DNA of 57,847 nucleotides, the filler included, from Sluysia triapertura (Eukaryota): the NCBI GenBank assembly GCA_046118255.1. It is 4 parts of 4 records of this genome, joined end to end, with 100 filler letters (N's around TTAATTAATTAA, not from the genome) between each part and the next. Parts side by side here need not be neighbours in the genome. Positions count along the whole stretch, not along the records: positions 45,399 to 57,847 come from JBJNIA010108092.1; 3 more parts are not named here. The stretch is one strand, 5' to 3'. The notes below the pieces were generated by a model, which saw only the letters and a program-made list of their open reading frames with translations, ran no database searches and was not told where the DNA came from. Shown piece by piece: positions 53,972 to 57,847 of the stretch (position 1 is the first letter of the stretch; each line of letters begins with the position of its first letter). Position numbers and translations under genes: made by a program.

Positions 53972-56037
53972 TTAAGCTTCAGATGATTCAGAATTTTAAA
54001 TTATTCTTTATTTTCTAAATTTATTTATGCCTTTAATTATAGGAGTTGTACCGTAAAATAATTGGAAGTTAGAAAAATCTGTTTTTTAAAATTTAATTCA
54101 TTAATTAATTAGAATTTAAAGATTAAAATAGTTTAAAATGAAGGTTTTTAGTTTTAATAATAATTATTATAATTTTAATTTTAATATTCCATGAATTGAA
54201 CAGTATATAATGATGTAATAATTAATAATCATGTTGCTATTCATTATTACGTCATCTTGCAATATGTTGCATTTCATTTGCCGAAAAGTTGGAAAGAGAT
54301 TGACCAATAAAAATTACCAGGCTATGTTGAAAGTAAGTGCAGTGTTTCAACCATGCACTATAATGTCATCGTCTTTCTCATACATAAATTCACACAACTC
54401 ATAATTCTAGATATCACAACTTCAATTTGGGCAATACAGAAATCCTATACTAAAATATATTTAAGTTATTAACGTTTCGATTCACCGAAAAATTCCCACG
54501 GCGAAGTATTATGTGAAATTTATGGTAAAATAACGTGTGAGTGTTATAATACTGATTTGATACTGTTATCTAGAGCAAGTTTGATGATATATCAAGCTAG
54601 CATTAATCAGAACCAAGTAACGTTACAAGTGGACCTAGTAAAATGATGCTTGTGCTTTTCGATTAACAATTGAAGAAGACGTTATGTTATAAATGCAGAA
54701 TTTTAAGATGTGCTATGCTTGTAATCTTATGCGGACAACCTTAGAAGAAATTCCGCACATTCATCCATTATACGGAATGTGTCGATTCGCTGAAACTAAA
54801 AATATTTTTAATGTCCTAGAAGATTCAATTATTACCTTTTGTATGTTTATGTTTATCCAATTTTATGTTTATGATATTAGTTTATTACATGTTTTTCGTA
54901 TTTATTTCTGTTTTGGGGAAAATTTACTAACTATTGAAAGCATTTTTCATCCAAAATGGTAACATTTTATAAATAATGCTTAAAACACACGGTACTTCCA
55001 TGGCGACTTCTTAATTTACGATCCTTAGATTCCTTTATTAGTAGGTGCCCATAAACACTTCATTCACCGAAACATAAACGCGCACAAAAAACATCTAATA
55101 TCCAAAAATTTAAAATCACAATGGTACTATTTGTATTGGAAATATTCTAAAGGGAAGTAGATTTACGAGTACAAACAGTCACACTACTTTCTACACAAAT
55201 TAAAGGTACACTAACTTAATAGTTGTAACTCTGATTATTATAATAAAAATTGTTATTTACTATAGGTTACTTTTATATTAATTTATGTATTTAATTTGGC
55301 AATTACTAATTATTAACCTGCTTCTCTGAAAATATGACATAGCGTGATGTTTCAGGATGATTTTAATTTAAGACCTACTTCTAAAATAAGCCCTGGTTGA
55401 TAGAAAGATACCTAATAAAAGTCAATGAATGGCTTGAGACACTTTAGTACAATTAGCTTTAAATTACAATAAATTCTGAGATACTTTCATTTTCAAGGCA
55501 TTCTGGTTCACTGTACCAAGAATCTGTGATTGTTATTCATTTTCAGACAATCCTCCAATTATCAATGACTTAAAATAATGAAATTCAGTTAAATGAAAAC
55601 TCCGGAGAAACTTAGGAATCCAGTAACTTGCAATACATTCCAGAGGACGACGATATGGTCATTTTTGAATGATTTATAGTTAGTGGGTTTTAAATATAAA
55701 ATGTGTTATTAATTCGTAAATGTGGATCAGTTTTCATGATTTTTGTATATATATATATATATAAACAATTTTTGTTTATAATTTTATAAGTAGAAATAGA
55801 AAGGAATAGAAAACTAAAATGTTAAAAATACATTCATATTTACAATATTTTACACAATCTGAACCACCGCGTTTCTCCGAAAATGGGACAGAACATATAT
55901 TAATTTTCACTCCACAATGTAACACTAGGGTTAATTCCTTTCTATTTCTAGTTACAAAATTATAAACAATAATTGTTAAATTATCAGTGTTCAATCGTTA
56001 ATTATCATCTACATTAATAATAAATATAAAATATAAC

Positions 56038-56538
56038 CCAGAAATGTTTTTGTACTGTAATCATCGACAAGAATCAATTCGGTCACTAAATGAGTTGGTG
56101 CTCTGTCCAGTAGTGAATGTACCGTTCGTACTAAAGTACTCCAATGTTCGTTATAAAATGGAATTATTATTGATGTAATTGGTAAATCAAAATCATACAT
56201 TAATTGGCTACATTTTTTGTGACGCATGTCTAAGATTGATCGTTGAATTGATATTTTATCAGAAATGTCAGCATCAAATCCATTAACACTAATTAAATAA
56301 TTTACTTTTTTTTTATTTCGTTTTATTTCTTGAACTGCATGACCATGTTCACCAGGACCTGTTTTAAGTGAATCTAAGTTAATTTGTGTCTTATTTTCCC
56401 AGCTTATCTTTATATTATTTGATGTTTTATCAATACTGATCACTACAAATTTTTGTGTTTTATTAAAATTATTATCCACATTAATGTTGGTGGTTTTTGT
56501 TTTTTTTTCTGATTTTTGTGAAATTTCAAAATTGATAT
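56038..56538 (-). CDS. Polypeptide N-acetylgalactosaminyltransferase (GALNT10-like) exon: stem and start of GT-A domain
   Basis: GPGEHG...NGFDADISDKISIQRSILDMRHKKC...LPITSIIIPFYNEHWSTLVRTVHSLLDRAP..LVTELILVDDYS. Acceptor tttcag|56538. Donor |gttata is weak and no downstream exons were found, so this may be a gene fragment. Confidence 0.8.
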
Positions 56539-57847
56539 CTGAAATATTATTATTTAAAATATTACAATAAAGCTTTATTAACGTTTCAATTAAAAAGGAT
56601 ACCTTATCTTGAAAAATTACAATGATTTCATTAAATTAAAAATTAATTGTTTTTATGATACAACATGCAATAATAAAATAAATGATTGGTTATTTGCTGT
56701 TCATATTTCAAAAATCCTTTTACCCAAATATGCCAAATCACTAGAAGATTATAAAGCATTTAAAAAAATTTAAAAAACCATTATATTGCAGAAACATTAT
56801 AATGAATGAATTCTAAGCTCTTTGGGTACTGGTTTTATAGAAAATATTAACGCTGCATAATTTAATTATTATTAAATAAATTAAGCAGCAAACCTTAAAT
56901 ATTATTAATAAATATAACACTCATTGACCCAGTACTTCATCAAGATGGCTTATTTCTTCTGTCATAACAGCAAGATTTATGTAAAGACTGTAATCACAAA
57001 TGTTAAAATAACTTTTTATAGGCTTAATTTTTACACATTATAAAGTGTTAATAAGGGATAATTTACTACTGAAATTGCTTATTTAATAGTACAAAAATCT
57101 TTTTTAATGATGCCGAAATATTTATCAAAAACTATTACATTGTTTATATTTCTCATTTCAGACTTTCATTCCTAAAGATTTTGCGTATATCTCTTCATAT
57201 TAATTTGCTCATAAATGAATGTACAAACATAGAGAGCATATGTAAATAAAGCTTACTGTAGATTTCGTTTACAAATTTCAATTGACACGAGTTGAGAGTA
57301 GATCAAATAATAAAATATATTCTAATTACCATAAGTTCTCGACTATTGTAAAATCATTTTGAATATCCTAAATTTGTTTTTTGTTTATTGCCCATTGTAT
57401 AACAATCATAGGATAATGCACTATGAAAACTATTTTATGATAATTCTTTTCCTTTGATATGACCTTTTTGATTCCAGCAAGCTTTATATATTTATTTTAT
57501 TAGTAATACTAAGTCAATAACTGATTAGTTTACTTAATAGAATTTCAATAAATTCCATAATCGATAAATCAAATATAAATTATCACAAATTATATTATTA
57601 TTTTAGCAATAATATTTATTAAAACCAAAATGTTACGTTTTCAATTTAAATTAAAAATAAATAATTCAATGATTTAATAATTAAAACATCAAATATGTTG
57701 GGATTGGTGAAGGGTAAAGGTGTATGTAAGGGTTCAAGATTCAGGATGACGGATAAAGTAAACGTTATTGAGGAATTGAGATAGGGGACTACGATGAATT
57801 GTAATGATAAGATAAGTATATGAAATACTTGAATCAAGATAAGACAA

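Noticed and set aside
1-57847. CRISPR arrays, operons and other prokaryotic systems; most short ORFs in the ORF track
   Set aside because: The DNA is spliced eukaryotic sequence with no repeat-spacer array; the short I/L/F/K/N-rich ORFs are AT-composition artefacts or antisense shadows of real exons

Overview
Very AT-rich eukaryotic DNA, most likely an invertebrate metazoan; the species cannot be determined here. The window is four contigs joined by artificial 100-bp spacers (N44-TTAATTAATTAA-N44 at 15366-15465, 34297-34396, 45299-45398), so adjacency across spacers is unproven. Spliced host genes: four phase-consistent exons of the 3' part of EDC4/Ge-1 (22711-33820, +), with an in-frame TAA in the conserved C-terminal domain; one ABCG1/4-type exon (-); one GALNT10-like exon (-); one discoidin F5/8C exon (-). 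The rest is mostly decayed material: Tc1/mariner, hAT and piggyBac relics and MITEs, two RLE-type non-LTR remnants, a tRNA-derived SINE, two LTR-like repeats and several intronless pseudogenes. The three best leads are (1) a duplicated ~2.3-2.5 kb unit in which a DDX49/Dbp8-like DEAD domain 1 is cut before motif III and fused to an unrecognised C-terminal region, with colinear conserved non-coding flanks; (2) a triplicated bulged-A hairpin with compensatory substitutions in both LTR-like repeats; (3) the internal stop in EDC4. All protein identifications come from remembered family motifs; no searches were run.
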